In this document: piece after piece, positions 9,150 to 18,803 of the stretch
How the letters are laid out: each line of letters begins with the position of its first letter
How positions within the stretch are numbered: the first letter of the stretch is position 1
Origin: an uncultured Solirubrobacterales bacterium
GTDB taxonomy: Bacteria; Actinomycetota; Thermoleophilia; Solirubrobacterales; 70-9
Direction of reading: 5' to 3'
Length of the DNA: 64,000 nucleotides
Assembly (NCBI GenBank): GCA_963833375.1
Contig: CAWHXR010000001.1
Coordinates: 408,429-472,428, forward strand
Notes under the pieces: model-generated
Database searches by the model: none
Told to the model about the DNA's origin: nothing
Seen by the model: only the letters and a program-made list of their open reading frames with translations
Program-made: the position numbers and the translations under genes

Positions 9150-10348
9150 TAGCGGCCAGCCCGCGCGCGGGGCGGCGGAATCTCGTCCCGCACGGCCGGC
9201 AGCTTCGCCGACTTCGGCGGTGGCAGCGCGAGGCGGCCGGACGATCCCGCTGCGACCGCGCCGCCGTTGGTCCAGCGCACCGCCAGGGGCTTGTTCTGCA
9301 GCAACGGGCCCCAGGTGGGGATGTCGAGGTTGCCGGTCTGCGACAGGCCGTGATCGGCCTGGAACGCGTAGACCGCCGCCTGTGTCGGCGCCTGGAAGTA
9401 GCCGTTGACCGGGACGCCGTAGCCGCCTCCGGCGAGCAGCTGCTGGGCCCAGGCGACAGAATCCCCCTTCGAGCCGAGGTGAAGGAACGGGTAGCTCGGG
9501 TACGGAGTCGCGGAGGCGGGCGAGACCGGCGCCCCGACCGCCTGCCACTGCCGCTTTCCGGCCTCCTGCCAGTTCCACCAGCTGACGCCGTCGAAGCCAT
9601 GAGCCATCGCGAGCGCCCGGAAGCGGCGGATCTGGCCCGCCTTCGGGCGGCTGTAGAGCTGGCCGAGCGGCTCGATCGGCCGGCCGTAGATGCGGTTCCA
9701 GACCCAGGTGTGGATGTACCCCGCATCCACGGTGGTCCCGATGTCCTTCCAGTAGAGCTGGGGGACGTTGTACTGGGCGCCTCCGGGTCCCAGGAAGACG
9801 GAGAACGGAAGGGCCGGGTGGTAGTCGGTGTAGGGGAAGCTCGCCAGCGCGACCGGATAGTCCGGCCCGACCAGTGACCGAAGCGTGGACATGTAGAAGG
9901 ACGCCTGCGCGTAGCGGCCCTCATACTGGCCCTCGACGTCCATCACCAGGCAGTCGGCGCCGTTGGCGACCGCCGCGGCCCCCACACGCGCCTCCTTGCC
10001 GGGCTTGCTGCCGTAGAGGAACTGCCAGGCGCAAACGTTCAACCCGCGCGCGTGCAGCCCACTCGCCACCGAGGACGAGAACTGGCCCCAGTAGTGCGTC
10101 CCGTCCCCCGACTTGATCAGCACGGTCTCGATCCCGTGAGCCTTCGCCTTCTTCGCGATCGCCCCGAGCTTTCCATGCGAGGAGCGGCTCAGGTACCAGA
10201 TCCACATCCCATCCCCGGCCAGCGGGTTCTTCGTGGTGGTGTCGCTCGTCTGGGACGAGGCGCCGCCGGCCAGGGGGCCCGCGGTGAGCGCGATCGCGCA
10301 GGCGGCCGCGATCAGGGCAAGGGCTGTTCTGCGTCTGCGAGAACGCAT
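9146..10348 (-). CDS. secreted putative cell-wall hydrolase with C-terminal peptidoglycan-binding (PG_binding_1) domain
   Basis: Signal peptide MRSRRRRTALALIAAACAIALTAG. The C-terminal motif GDSVAWAQQLL...VNGYFQAPTQAAVYAFQADHGLSQTGNLD is typical of PG_binding_1. The function of the N-terminal domain of about 270 aa is inferred only. Confidence 0.6.
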   Translation of the reverse strand: MRSRRRRTALALIAAACAIALTAGPLAGGASSQTSDTTTKNPLAGDGMWIWYLSRSSHGKLGAIAKKAKAHGIETVLIKSGDGTHYWGQFSSSVASGLHARGLNVCAWQFLYGSKPGKEARVGAAAVANGADCLVMDVEGQYEGRYAQASFYMSTLRSLVGPDYPVALASFPYTDYHPALPFSVFLGPGGAQYNVPQLYWKDIGTTVDAGYIHTWVWNRIYGRPIEPLGQLYSRPKAGQIRRFRALAMAHGFDGVSWWNWQEAGKRQWQAVGAPVSPASATPYPSYPFLHLGSKGDSVAWAQQLLAGGGYGVPVNGYFQAPTQAAVYAFQADHGLSQTGNLDIPTWGPLLQNKPLAVRWTNGGAVAAGSSGRLALPPPKSAKLPAVRDEIPPPRARAGRY

Positions 10349-10428
10349 GATTTCGAGGCTACGGACCCCGGAACACGCGACCGCAAGGAAAGCTGCGCTG
10401 GCGCGCTGGTGCGCGTCCCGTTCGATGG

Positions 10429-11385
10429 CTAAGCCGTGGACGCGGCCGGGAGCTGCTCGTCCGCGTGGTACGAGGAGCGGACCAGCGGTCCGGATGCCAC
10501 CGAGGCGAAGCCGAGCTCGTACGCCGCCCTCCCGAGCGCCGCGAACTCATCCGGGTGCCAGTAGCGGTCGACGGGCAGGTGCTTCTCGGTGGGCCGCAGG
10601 TACTGGCCGACGGTCAGCACCTGGACGCCATGGTCCCTGAGGATGGAGAACGTCTCGACCATCTCGTCGAACTCCTCCCCCAGGCCGACCATCAGACCGG
10701 ACTTGGTGACGACCGCGTCACCGCCCATCTCCTTGGCCATCCGCAGCACCCGGGCCGAGCGCAGGAAGTCGGAGCCCCGGCGTGCCACCGGATAGAGCCT
10801 CGGGACGGTCTCCACGTTGTGGTTGAAGACGTCGGGGCGCTCCGCGATCACCTTGGCGAGTGGCATCTCCTGGCCGCGGAAGTCCGGGGTGAGGACCTCG
10901 ACCTTGCAGCCGTGGGCCAATCGCCGGATCGAGCGGATCACGCCGACGAAGGCGCCTGCACCGTAGTCCGGCAGGTCGTCCCGGTCGACCGAGGTGATCA
11001 CCGCGTGGCGCAGGCCCATCCGCTTCACCTGGTTGGCGACGCGCAGCGGCTCGAGGGGGTCGTTCCAGGTCGGTTTGCCCGTCTGCACGTTGCAGAAGCC
11101 GCAGCGGCGGGTGCAGACGTCGCCGAGGATCATGAAGGTCGCCGTGCCGCGCTCCCAGCACTCGCCGACGTTGGGGCAGTTGGCCTCCTCGCAGACGGTG
11201 TGGAGGTTGTCCCGCTCGATCGATTTCTTCAGCCGGCGGTAGGCGGGGCCGCCGGGAGCCGGAACCTTGAGCCAGTGCGGCTTGCGGGAGCGGAACCCGA
11301 CCTTGCCCTCGGTATCGATCACGCGACCGCCCGGGTTGGCACGGGAGCGTGTGACGTGGATGCGTTCGTCGATCGTCTCGGCCAT
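10429..11385 (-). CDS. lipA: lipoyl synthase
   Basis: CEEANCPNVGEC auxiliary-cluster motif and the radical SAM motif CTRRCGFCNV. Confidence 0.95.
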   Translation of the reverse strand: MAETIDERIHVTRSRANPGGRVIDTEGKVGFRSRKPHWLKVPAPGGPAYRRLKKSIERDNLHTVCEEANCPNVGECWERGTATFMILGDVCTRRCGFCNVQTGKPTWNDPLEPLRVANQVKRMGLRHAVITSVDRDDLPDYGAGAFVGVIRSIRRLAHGCKVEVLTPDFRGQEMPLAKVIAERPDVFNHNVETVPRLYPVARRGSDFLRSARVLRMAKEMGGDAVVTKSGLMVGLGEEFDEMVETFSILRDHGVQVLTVGQYLRPTEKHLPVDRYWHPDEFAALGRAAYELGFASVASGPLVRSSYHADEQLPAASTA

Positions 11386-11390
11386 CGCCT

Positions 11391-12122
11391 CTACCGTACC
11401 GGGGTGGGTTCGCCGAGCAGCTCGGCCAGCGCGTCGGGCTCCGTCAGGGCCGGCTCGCGGCCGTAGATCTGAGCGAAGCGCTCAACCACCACGTCCATGT
11501 AGGCGTCCATGTCCTGCTGCGCGCCGAGCTCGCGACAGAGCGAGGTCATACGGCAGCCATCGATGCCGCAGGGCACGACCCACTCGAACGGCTGCAGGTC
11601 GTTGTTGACATTGACCGCGAACCCGTGCGTGGTGACGCCCCGGTTGACGTGCACGCCGATGGAGCCGACCTTCCTTCCGTCCGGCGGCTCGCCGCCGACC
11701 CAGACGCCCGTCAGGCCGTCGATCACCTCGGCGCCGACCCCGTACGCGGCGAGAGAGCCGATCATCAACCGCTCCAGCTTTCGCACGTACTCGTGCACGT
11801 TGTCCCCGTACCGCTTCAGGGAGACGATCGGATAGCCGACCAGCTGCCCGGGGCCGTGGTAGGTGACGCGGCCGCCACGGTCGGTCTCGCAGATCTCGAT
11901 CCCCTGCATCCGGTACCAGTCCTCACCCATCCCGAGCTCGCCCGGCTCGGCGCGGCGGCCCTTCGTGTAGACCGGCGGATGCTCGAGCAGCAGCAGCACG
12001 TCCGGCACCTCGTCGGCCTGCCGGGCCGCCTCGATGCGCTTCTGCATCCGGCCCGCCTCCTCGTAGGGGACCAAGCCGCAGCGCACGACCAGCACCTCGT
12101 CCATGGAGACAGTGTCCCGCAT
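11391..12122 (-). CDS. lipB: octanoyltransferase (lipoate-protein ligase B)
   Basis: RGGRVTYHGPGQLVGYPI motif, with a catalytic Cys/Lys region (VPCGI). Lies immediately upstream of lipA. Confidence 0.9.
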   Translation of the reverse strand: MRDTVSMDEVLVVRCGLVPYEEAGRMQKRIEAARQADEVPDVLLLLEHPPVYTKGRRAEPGELGMGEDWYRMQGIEICETDRGGRVTYHGPGQLVGYPIVSLKRYGDNVHEYVRKLERLMIGSLAAYGVGAEVIDGLTGVWVGGEPPDGRKVGSIGVHVNRGVTTHGFAVNVNNDLQPFEWVVPCGIDGCRMTSLCRELGAQQDMDAYMDVVVERFAQIYGREPALTEPDALAELLGEPTPVR

Positions 12123-12134
12123 CGCTCGCCTCCC

Positions 12135-12527
12135 TCAGGCGGCGGTTGCCGGGGCGCCCTCCTGATCGGACGGCCAGAACGGCCATTCCTCGAAGTGCGT
12201 GCAGCGGCCGGCCTCATCGAGGCGGACGATCCAGAGGTCGCGGTACTCCTTGTTCCTCGGCGCGCCGTATCGGACCTCGACCCTGGCGACGCCTGTGTCT
12301 CCCTCGACGGCCACGATCTCGCCGGTCATCTCGAACGCCTCGTCCGGGCCGAGGCGCTCCGCGTCCCACATCTCGCGGATCGCCTGGAGCCCGCGGTGCG
12401 GGTTCTCGTAGGGCGCGGTCGAGTAGGTCGCCTCCTCGGTGAACAGCCCGGCCAGGGCGTCCGTGCCGGGCTTCCGCCATGCCCGCTCGTAGCCCTCGAG
12501 CCAGCCGCGCAGCTGCTCGCGGTCCAT
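12135..12527 (-). CDS. NTF2/SnoaL-like fold protein
   Basis: 130 aa with an N-terminal LRGWLEGYERAWR pattern typical of SnoaL/DUF4440-like proteins. Sits between E2 and lipB. Confidence 0.55.
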   Translation of the reverse strand: MDREQLRGWLEGYERAWRKPGTDALAGLFTEEATYSTAPYENPHRGLQAIREMWDAERLGPDEAFEMTGEIVAVEGDTGVARVEVRYGAPRNKEYRDLWIVRLDEAGRCTHFEEWPFWPSDQEGAPATAA

Positions 12528-12534
12528 GTGGCGC

Positions 12535-13881
12535 CTAGAGCGCCAGGCCGAGCGGCTCTTCGAGCAGCTCGCGCACGTGGGCGAGGAAGATCGCGCCGTC
12601 GGCCCCGTAGAGGATGCGGTGGTCGCAGGCGAGGGTCACGCCCATCAGCTGGCGCGGCTCGACCTCGCCGGACTCCGTCACCACCGGCTTCGCCGCAAGG
12701 GCGCCGACGGCGAGGATGCCTGCCTGCGGCGTGTTGATCACCGCCTGGAAGTTGGAGATCCCGTACATGCCGAGATTGGAGACCGTGAAGGTCCCCCCCG
12801 AGAGCTCCGGCGGCGTGATCGAGCCGTCGCGCACCCGCGCCGCGAGGGCCCTGGTCTCGGTTGAGATCTGGCGCAGTCCCTTGCGGTCCGCGTCGAAGAC
12901 CGTCGGGACGACCAGCGCATTCTGAGCCGCCACGGCGACGCCGACGTTGACCCGCGAGTAGAGCTCGATGCGGCCGTCGCGGTAGGCGCCGTTGGCCCGG
13001 GGGTGCTCCCGGAGGGCCAGCGCGCACGCCTTGACGATCATGTCGTTGAAGGTCGGGACCGTCTCCCCCTCCTTCGCCATCGCCTTCAGGCGCTTGCGCC
13101 CCTCGACCGCCGCGGTCATGTCGAACTCGGCCTGCAGGTAGAAGTGCGGCGCGGTCGCCTTGGACTCGGCCATCCGCCGGGCGACGGTCTGCTGAAGTTT
13201 GGTGAGCTCCACTATCTCGACCTGCCCCTTGGCCGTCTCCGGCTTCTCGCTCACCCCCGGAGTAGGCCCGGCGGGGGTGGGCCGAGCGATCGGGGCGGGA
13301 GCGGTCGCCGGCGCGGCGACTCCGGCGGCAAGTGCCTTCTCGACGTCCGCCTTGACAATGCGGCCGCCCGGGCCGGACCCGGTCAGCCCGTGCAGATCGA
13401 GCCCGCGATCGCGCGCGATCCGCTTGGCGATCGGAGAAGCCTTGACGCGCCCGTCTCCACCAGCTGAGGCTGGGGAGGGTGCCGCGACGAACGGTCCTGC
13501 TGCCGGCGGGGGAGCCTGGGGTGCGGCGACGGCGGGCTCCTGCCTTTCGATGGCCCGCTCGTCAGCGGCTTGGGCCCGCTGACCGAATTCGTCGCGGGCC
13601 CTGCCCGCCGGAGACGCTTCCCCAGCTCCGTTCCCAGCGACCTCGCTCGCATCGCCGACCCGCGCGATCGGGTCCCCGACCGGCAGCGTGTCGCCCTCCT
13701 GCGCAAGGATCTCGACCAGCGTCCCGGCCGCGTCGGCCTCGTAGACCATGTTCGCCTTGTCGGTCTCGATCTCGACGAGCTCCTCGCCGACGGTCACCGC
13801 ATCGCCCACCGACTTCAGCCACCGCAGCACGGTGCCTTCCTCCATCGAGTCCGAGAGGCGCGGCATGACCACATCAACCAT
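12535..13881 (-). CDS. pdhC: dihydrolipoamide acetyltransferase, E2 component of a 2-oxoacid (pyruvate) dehydrogenase complex
   Basis: Lipoyl domain with the IETDKA lipoyl-lysine motif, an Ala/Pro linker, a PSBD (ASPIAKRIARDRGLDL), and a catalytic domain with DHRILYGADGA. Confidence 0.9.
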   Translation of the reverse strand: MVDVVMPRLSDSMEEGTVLRWLKSVGDAVTVGEELVEIETDKANMVYEADAAGTLVEILAQEGDTLPVGDPIARVGDASEVAGNGAGEASPAGRARDEFGQRAQAADERAIERQEPAVAAPQAPPPAAGPFVAAPSPASAGGDGRVKASPIAKRIARDRGLDLHGLTGSGPGGRIVKADVEKALAAGVAAPATAPAPIARPTPAGPTPGVSEKPETAKGQVEIVELTKLQQTVARRMAESKATAPHFYLQAEFDMTAAVEGRKRLKAMAKEGETVPTFNDMIVKACALALREHPRANGAYRDGRIELYSRVNVGVAVAAQNALVVPTVFDADRKGLRQISTETRALAARVRDGSITPPELSGGTFTVSNLGMYGISNFQAVINTPQAGILAVGALAAKPVVTESGEVEPRQLMGVTLACDHRILYGADGAIFLAHVRELLEEPLGLAL

Positions 13882-13947
13882 GCGGGCTCCTCCCGGGGGA
13901 AACGGGTCGCCCGGGCCCGCGCCCTCGCATTTCCGGTGCCGGCATGG

Positions 13948-14940
13948 TCACTGCATGCTTCCCTCGAGCGTCTGCAGCGCCGCGCTGACAACGTGCTCGG
14001 CGTGCGGGATCGCTGCCTGCTCCAGGCGCTTGGAGTACGGCATCGGCACGTCGGCCCCGGTGACTCGCTCGATCGGGGCATCGAGGTGGTCGAAGGCCTG
14101 CCCCTGGATCAGCGCCGCGAGGTTCGCCCCCACCCCGCCGTGCGGCCAGCCCTCCTCCACGATCACCGCCCGATTGGTCTTCCGCACCGACTCGAGGATC
14201 GTGTCGAGGTCGAGCGGCCGCAGCGTGCGCGGATCGATCACCTCGGCCTCCACGCCTTGCTCGTTGGCCAGGGTCTGCGCCGCCTGCTGGGCGGTCTCCG
14301 ACATCCGCAGGATGCCGACGATCGTCACATCCGAGCCCTCGCGCCGGATCGCGGCCTCGCCGAAGTTGACCACCTCGTCGTCGCCCTCCGGCACCTCGCC
14401 GCGCAGGCCGTAGAGGGTCTCGTGCTCGATGAAGATCACCGGGTTGTCGTCGCGGATCGCGGCCTTGAGCAGGCCCTTCGCGTCGGCAGGCGTGGAGGGG
14501 CAGGCGACGAGCAGCCCCGGGATCTGCAGGAACATCGCCTCGAAGCTGTGCGAGTGGGTCGGGCCGAGCTGGTGCCCACCCCCTCCCGGCATCCGCACCA
14601 CCAGCGGCACCCTGACCTGGCCGCCGAACATGTAGGGGATCGCGGCGGCGTGGTTGACGATCTGATCCATCGCCAGGAGCGCGAAGTTGACGGTCATGAT
14701 CTCGACGATCGGGCGGACCCCGCCCATCGCGGCCCCCACGCCCATGCCCACGATCGTGTTCTCGGAGATCGGCGTGTCGCGCACGCGCTTCTCGCCGAAC
14801 TCGTCCAGCAGCCCCTCGGTCACCTTGAACGAGCCCTGGAAGACCCCGACGTCCTCCCCCATCACGAACACGTTCTCGTCGCGGCGCATCTCCTCCGCCA
14901 TCGCGTCCCGCAGCGCCTCCCTCATGCGAAGGGTCGCCAT
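13948..14940 (-). CDS. pdhB: pyruvate dehydrogenase E1 component beta subunit
   Basis: Starts at MATLRMREALRDAMAEEM (ATG 14940) inside the longer ORF 13948-15318. Transketolase-like Pyr and C-terminal domains. Its start shares 1 nt with the pdhA stop (TGATG). Confidence 0.9.
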   Translation of the reverse strand: MATLRMREALRDAMAEEMRRDENVFVMGEDVGVFQGSFKVTEGLLDEFGEKRVRDTPISENTIVGMGVGAAMGGVRPIVEIMTVNFALLAMDQIVNHAAAIPYMFGGQVRVPLVVRMPGGGGHQLGPTHSHSFEAMFLQIPGLLVACPSTPADAKGLLKAAIRDDNPVIFIEHETLYGLRGEVPEGDDEVVNFGEAAIRREGSDVTIVGILRMSETAQQAAQTLANEQGVEAEVIDPRTLRPLDLDTILESVRKTNRAVIVEEGWPHGGVGANLAALIQGQAFDHLDAPIERVTGADVPMPYSKRLEQAAIPHAEHVVSAALQTLEGSMQ

Positions 14941-16172
14941 CAGTGCACGTCCTCGGGCGCAGTATCCGGCTGATCCCCCTCGGCCTCGCGCAGCGCCTGC
15001 GCCTCCGGGGCGGCGTACGCGGCCCCGTGCTCGGCCAGCCTGCGAGCCCTCTCGCCGGCCTTGCGCTCCTCCTCGGCCGGGTGGGAGTCGGGCGAACGCT
15101 CGTCCACCCCGTACCAGCCGGGGATCTGGTCGCCGAGCACATAGAGGTGGTCGTAGAGCGAGTCGAGCGGCGGCTCGGGCGAGTTGTCCGCGAACTCGAC
15201 GGCCGCGGTGACCGTCTCCTCGGCTTCGTCCCTGATCTCCTGCACGTCGTCCTCGGTGATGACCCTCTCCTTGATCAGCCGCGCGGCGAAGGACTCGATC
15301 GGGTCCTTGCGCTGCCATTCCTCGACCTCCTTCTTCTCGCGGTAGATCTCGGGATCCGCCGCGGAGTGGCCGCGGTAGCGGTAGGTGAAGGCCTCGATCA
15401 GGGTCGGCCTGTGGTCCTCGCGGGCGATGCGGATGTGCTCGGCGACCGTCTCGCGGACGGCGATCACGTCCATGCCGTCGACCCGAACCCCCGGGACGCC
15501 CAGGCCGTCGGCCTTGTGGGAGAGGTCGGTCACGGCGGAATGGCGCTCGACCGCGGTCCCCATCCCGTAGAGGTTGTTCTCGACCAGGAAGACGACGGGG
15601 AGGCTCCAGAGCGCCGCCAGGTTCATCGTCTCCCCGAAGTTGCCGGTGTTGGACGCGCCGTCGCCGAACATGCAGACGGTCACCTCGTCGGTCCCCCGGT
15701 AGTCAGAGGAGAGGGCCAACCCTGCCGCCAGCGGCAGGTTGCCGCCGACGATCCCGTAGCCGCCCATGAAGCGGCGCTCCAGGTCGAAGATGTGCATCGA
15801 CCCGCCGCGGCCGCCGGAGGTGCCGTCGACTCGGCCGAAGAGCTCCGCCATCACGCGTCCGGGATCGGTACCGCGCGCGATCGCATGGCCATGGGTGCGG
15901 TAGGTGCCGATCAGGTAGTCGTCGTCCCGCATCACCGAGGTGGTGCCGACGATCGTCGCCTCCTCCCCGATCGCGAGGTGGAGGAAGCCCCCCGCCTTGG
16001 CGCGCTGGTACTGCCGCCCGGCCTCCTCCTCGAAGCGCCGGATCAGGACCATCAGGCCGAGCAACTCGCGACAGGTCGCCTCGTCCGGCAGCTTCGGCTG
16101 GGGGGCCGCCTTGCCCTTGCCGTCGGACGATCCGCTCGCGCCCCGTGCGGTTTTGGTCTTGCTCTGGGCCAC
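14940..16172 (-). CDS. pdhA: pyruvate dehydrogenase E1 component alpha subunit
   Basis: TPP-binding motif GDGASNTGNFGETMNLAAL. A charged C-terminal extension of about 60 aa is present. Confidence 0.9.
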   Translation of the reverse strand: MAQSKTKTARGASGSSDGKGKAAPQPKLPDEATCRELLGLMVLIRRFEEEAGRQYQRAKAGGFLHLAIGEEATIVGTTSVMRDDDYLIGTYRTHGHAIARGTDPGRVMAELFGRVDGTSGGRGGSMHIFDLERRFMGGYGIVGGNLPLAAGLALSSDYRGTDEVTVCMFGDGASNTGNFGETMNLAALWSLPVVFLVENNLYGMGTAVERHSAVTDLSHKADGLGVPGVRVDGMDVIAVRETVAEHIRIAREDHRPTLIEAFTYRYRGHSAADPEIYREKKEVEEWQRKDPIESFAARLIKERVITEDDVQEIRDEAEETVTAAVEFADNSPEPPLDSLYDHLYVLGDQIPGWYGVDERSPDSHPAEEERKAGERARRLAEHGAAYAAPEAQALREAEGDQPDTAPEDVH

Positions 16173-16210
16173 GAGCCCAGCCTACTCCCGCCGCTCAGCG
16201 TGGTCGAACT

Positions 16211-16825
16211 TCAGCGTGCGGCGGCCAAGGCGGCGGCCTCGACGGCCTCCTCCAGGCGGTCGTCGCCCCAGAAGAGCCGCTCTCCGACTGCGACCGTGGG
16301 AATCCCCTCCACGCCGAGCGCGACGGCCTCCTCCGTTGCGGCACGCAGCTTCTCCCTGACCGCCTTCGTCTCGATCCCCTTCAGGACCGCGTTCGGATGT
16401 AGCTCGCAGGCGGCCGCCGCGACCAGCACGTTGTCCATGTCGCTCATGTCGCGGCCCGCGGCGAACACCTGGCGGAAGCAGGCTAGGGAGAAGGAGACCA
16501 CCCGCCCGGACTCCTTCGCGTAGATCGCCGTCCGGACCGGGTTGAGGCTGTAGTTGTCGCGCGGCCAGCCCTGCGGGTAGCGCACCTCCGGAAGGCCGCG
16601 CTCGGTCGCGCGGCGCTGGATCTCCTCCAGGTCGGCGGGGTTCGCCCCGTCCGGCCGCAGCGACCAGGGGACCCTCCCGCTCGCCTTCAGCAGGTGCCCG
16701 AAGGAGATCGGCTGCCACGCGGGCTGCTCCACGCCCGCCTCGGCGAACAGCCCGCTGATCCGCTCGGCCGCCAGGTAGGAGTAGGGCGAGCTGAAGTCGT
16801 AGTAGAAGGTCGTCCGCTCGGTCAC
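16211..16825 (-). CDS. 2-hydroxychromene-2-carboxylate isomerase / DsbA-like thioredoxin-fold protein
   Basis: The N-terminus FYYDFSSPYSYLA and the C-terminal GIPTVAVGERLFWGDDRL are typical of the HCCA isomerase family. Confidence 0.7.
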   Translation of the reverse strand: MTERTTFYYDFSSPYSYLAAERISGLFAEAGVEQPAWQPISFGHLLKASGRVPWSLRPDGANPADLEEIQRRATERGLPEVRYPQGWPRDNYSLNPVRTAIYAKESGRVVSFSLACFRQVFAAGRDMSDMDNVLVAAAACELHPNAVLKGIETKAVREKLRAATEEAVALGVEGIPTVAVGERLFWGDDRLEEAVEAAALAAAR

Positions 16826-17433
16826 CCGGCGCCCCGATCCGCGTCCGCCACGGGGCTCCTCATGCCGGCGACCATGTAGTAGACGGCGAGGGCGGCGTTG
16901 ATCACGAGCACCACCGCCGGGTTGATGAAGGCGAACGCTAACTGGACCGCGTAGAAGGGCGTTCCGATCTGGAACCGCCTCGAGATGCGGCGGACCTGAT
17001 CCCCCGTGAGCTCCACGCCGAGGAGCTGCTTGCGGTTGGTGATGTAGGTCCAGAGGAACCCGTACGCGAGGGACATCGCCAGGAAGGCGCCGCTGTAGAC
17101 GATCGCCGCGACTCTCTCGTCGGCGCCCGACTTGAGGTGCTCGGCGAGCAGCGCGGTCGGAAACGGGATGAAGACGACGGTGAAGAGGAGCAGCAGGTTC
17201 AGGTAGAGCACGCCGCGGTCAGCCCGTGCCAGATGGTCGAGCACCCCGTGGTGGTTCACCCAGATGATCCCGATTACCCAGAAGCTGACGAAGAACGCCG
17301 CGAAGGAGGGCCACTCCTCCTTGAGCTGATGCCAGAGGTGGTCGCCCGCCGGCACGTTCAGCTCCAGGACCAGCAGGGTGATGGCGATCGCGAAGACCCC
17401 GTCGCTGAAGGCCTCCAGGCGGTTGGTTGTCAT
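16822..17433 (-). CDS. TMEM175/DUF1211 family potassium channel
   Basis: Signature RLEAFSDGVFAIAITLLVLEL in helix 1, six predicted helices. 4-nt overlap with the downstream gene. Confidence 0.75.
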   Translation of the reverse strand: MTTNRLEAFSDGVFAIAITLLVLELNVPAGDHLWHQLKEEWPSFAAFFVSFWVIGIIWVNHHGVLDHLARADRGVLYLNLLLLFTVVFIPFPTALLAEHLKSGADERVAAIVYSGAFLAMSLAYGFLWTYITNRKQLLGVELTGDQVRRISRRFQIGTPFYAVQLAFAFINPAVVLVINAALAVYYMVAGMRSPVADADRGAG

Positions 17434-17435
17434 TC

Positions 17436-18803
17436 CTACGCGTGGATGGCCCAGCCGTCGACGGCGCGGGCCCCGTCGAGGATCGCCTCCGACATGGTCG
17501 GATGCGGGTGGATGATGCGGCCGAGCTCCGGATAGCCGCCCTCCAGCGCGATCACGTTGACGATCTCGCTGATCATGTCGCAGGCGATGTTGCCGACGAC
17601 ATGGGCCCCGAGGATCTCGCCGTACTCGGGATCGCCGACGATCTTGACCAGACCCGCCCGGTCGTCGTAGACGACCGAGGCGCCGGCTCCGCCCAGCTTG
17701 AACTTGCCGACCTTGATCTGGCGGCCGGTCTCCTTGGCCTGCTCCTCGGTCAGCCCGACGCTCGCCACCTGCGGATGGCAGAAGGTCGCGCCCGGAACGA
17801 GGTCGACGTTCATGGGCTCGGTCGGTTGACCGGCGGCGGTCTCCATCGCGATCACGCCTTCCTCTGAGGCCTTGTGCGCGAGGGCGGGGCCACGGACGAG
17901 GTCGCCGATCGCGTAGATGCCGTCCGCCGACGTGCGCTGGTACTCGTCGACCTCGATCTGCCCCCGATCGTTGGTCTTGACGCCGGCGGCGTCCAGGCTG
18001 AGTGGGTCGGTGTCCGGCTTGCGTCCGCCGGCGATCACCAGGTAGTCGGCCTTGACCTCTTGGTCGCCCGCCTTGACCTTGACGCCGGTCTTCTGCTCCT
18101 CGACGCCCTCGACCTTGGTGCCGGTCATCACCTCGATGCCGTCCTGCTTGAACTGGCGCTCGACGACCCGCGCCATGTCCTTGTCCTCGGCGGGCAGGAG
18201 CTGATCGAGCATCTCGATCAGGGTGACGTCGACGCCCAGGCGGGCATAGCCGGAGGCGATCTCAGAGCCGGACGCGCCCGCCCCCGCGACCACCAGCGCC
18301 TTCGGCATGGAGTCGAGCGACCAGGCGCCCCAGGTGTCGATGACGCGGTCGGAGAAGTCGATTCCGGGGATCGGCATCGCGACGGAGCCGGTGGCGAGCA
18401 GGATCGTCCTCGCCCGGTGCTCGTCCGAGCCGACCTTCACCTTCCCGCCGCCGGCCAGCGAGGCCTCGCCGTGCAGGAACTCGACCTTGTTCTTCTTCCA
18501 GAGGAACTGGACGCCCTCCTCGAGGGTCTTCGAGACCTTCTCGCGACGGCCCTGCAGGGCCTTCCAGTCGATAGAGGTCCCGCTCGAGTTGATCCCGAGC
18601 TGAGCGCCCTCCCCGGTTACCGTCGAGTAGACCTCGGCGGTGTGGAGGATGGTCTTGGCCGGGATGCAGGCGTAGTTCAGGCAACGCCCGCCAGCCTTGT
18701 CGCGGTCGATGACCGCGGTCTTCTGACCGAGCTGGGCGGCGCGAATGGCAGCCACATAACCCCCCGGGCCGCCTCCGATCACGATCACGTCGTACTCGGC
18801 CAT
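17436..18803 (-). CDS. lpdA: dihydrolipoyl dehydrogenase (E3)
   Basis: FAD motif VIGGGPGGYVAA, a redox disulfide region GGRCLNYACIPAK, an NAD motif, and the C-terminal HPHPTMSE interface motif. Confidence 0.92.
   Translation of the reverse strand: MAEYDVIVIGGGPGGYVAAIRAAQLGQKTAVIDRDKAGGRCLNYACIPAKTILHTAEVYSTVTGEGAQLGINSSGTSIDWKALQGRREKVSKTLEEGVQFLWKKNKVEFLHGEASLAGGGKVKVGSDEHRARTILLATGSVAMPIPGIDFSDRVIDTWGAWSLDSMPKALVVAGAGASGSEIASGYARLGVDVTLIEMLDQLLPAEDKDMARVVERQFKQDGIEVMTGTKVEGVEEQKTGVKVKAGDQEVKADYLVIAGGRKPDTDPLSLDAAGVKTNDRGQIEVDEYQRTSADGIYAIGDLVRGPALAHKASEEGVIAMETAAGQPTEPMNVDLVPGATFCHPQVASVGLTEEQAKETGRQIKVGKFKLGGAGASVVYDDRAGLVKIVGDPEYGEILGAHVVGNIACDMISEIVNVIALEGGYPELGRIIHPHPTMSEAILDGARAVDGWAIHA

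Noticed and set aside
7494-9578. 694-aa ORF suggesting a very large rhomboid fusion protein
   Set aside because: Only the last 290 aa carry rhomboid motifs. The upstream 400 aa are Arg/Ala/Gly/Pro-rich, lack motifs, and lie antisense to the well-supported DUF4395-thioredoxin gene. This is typical GC-driven ORF extension.
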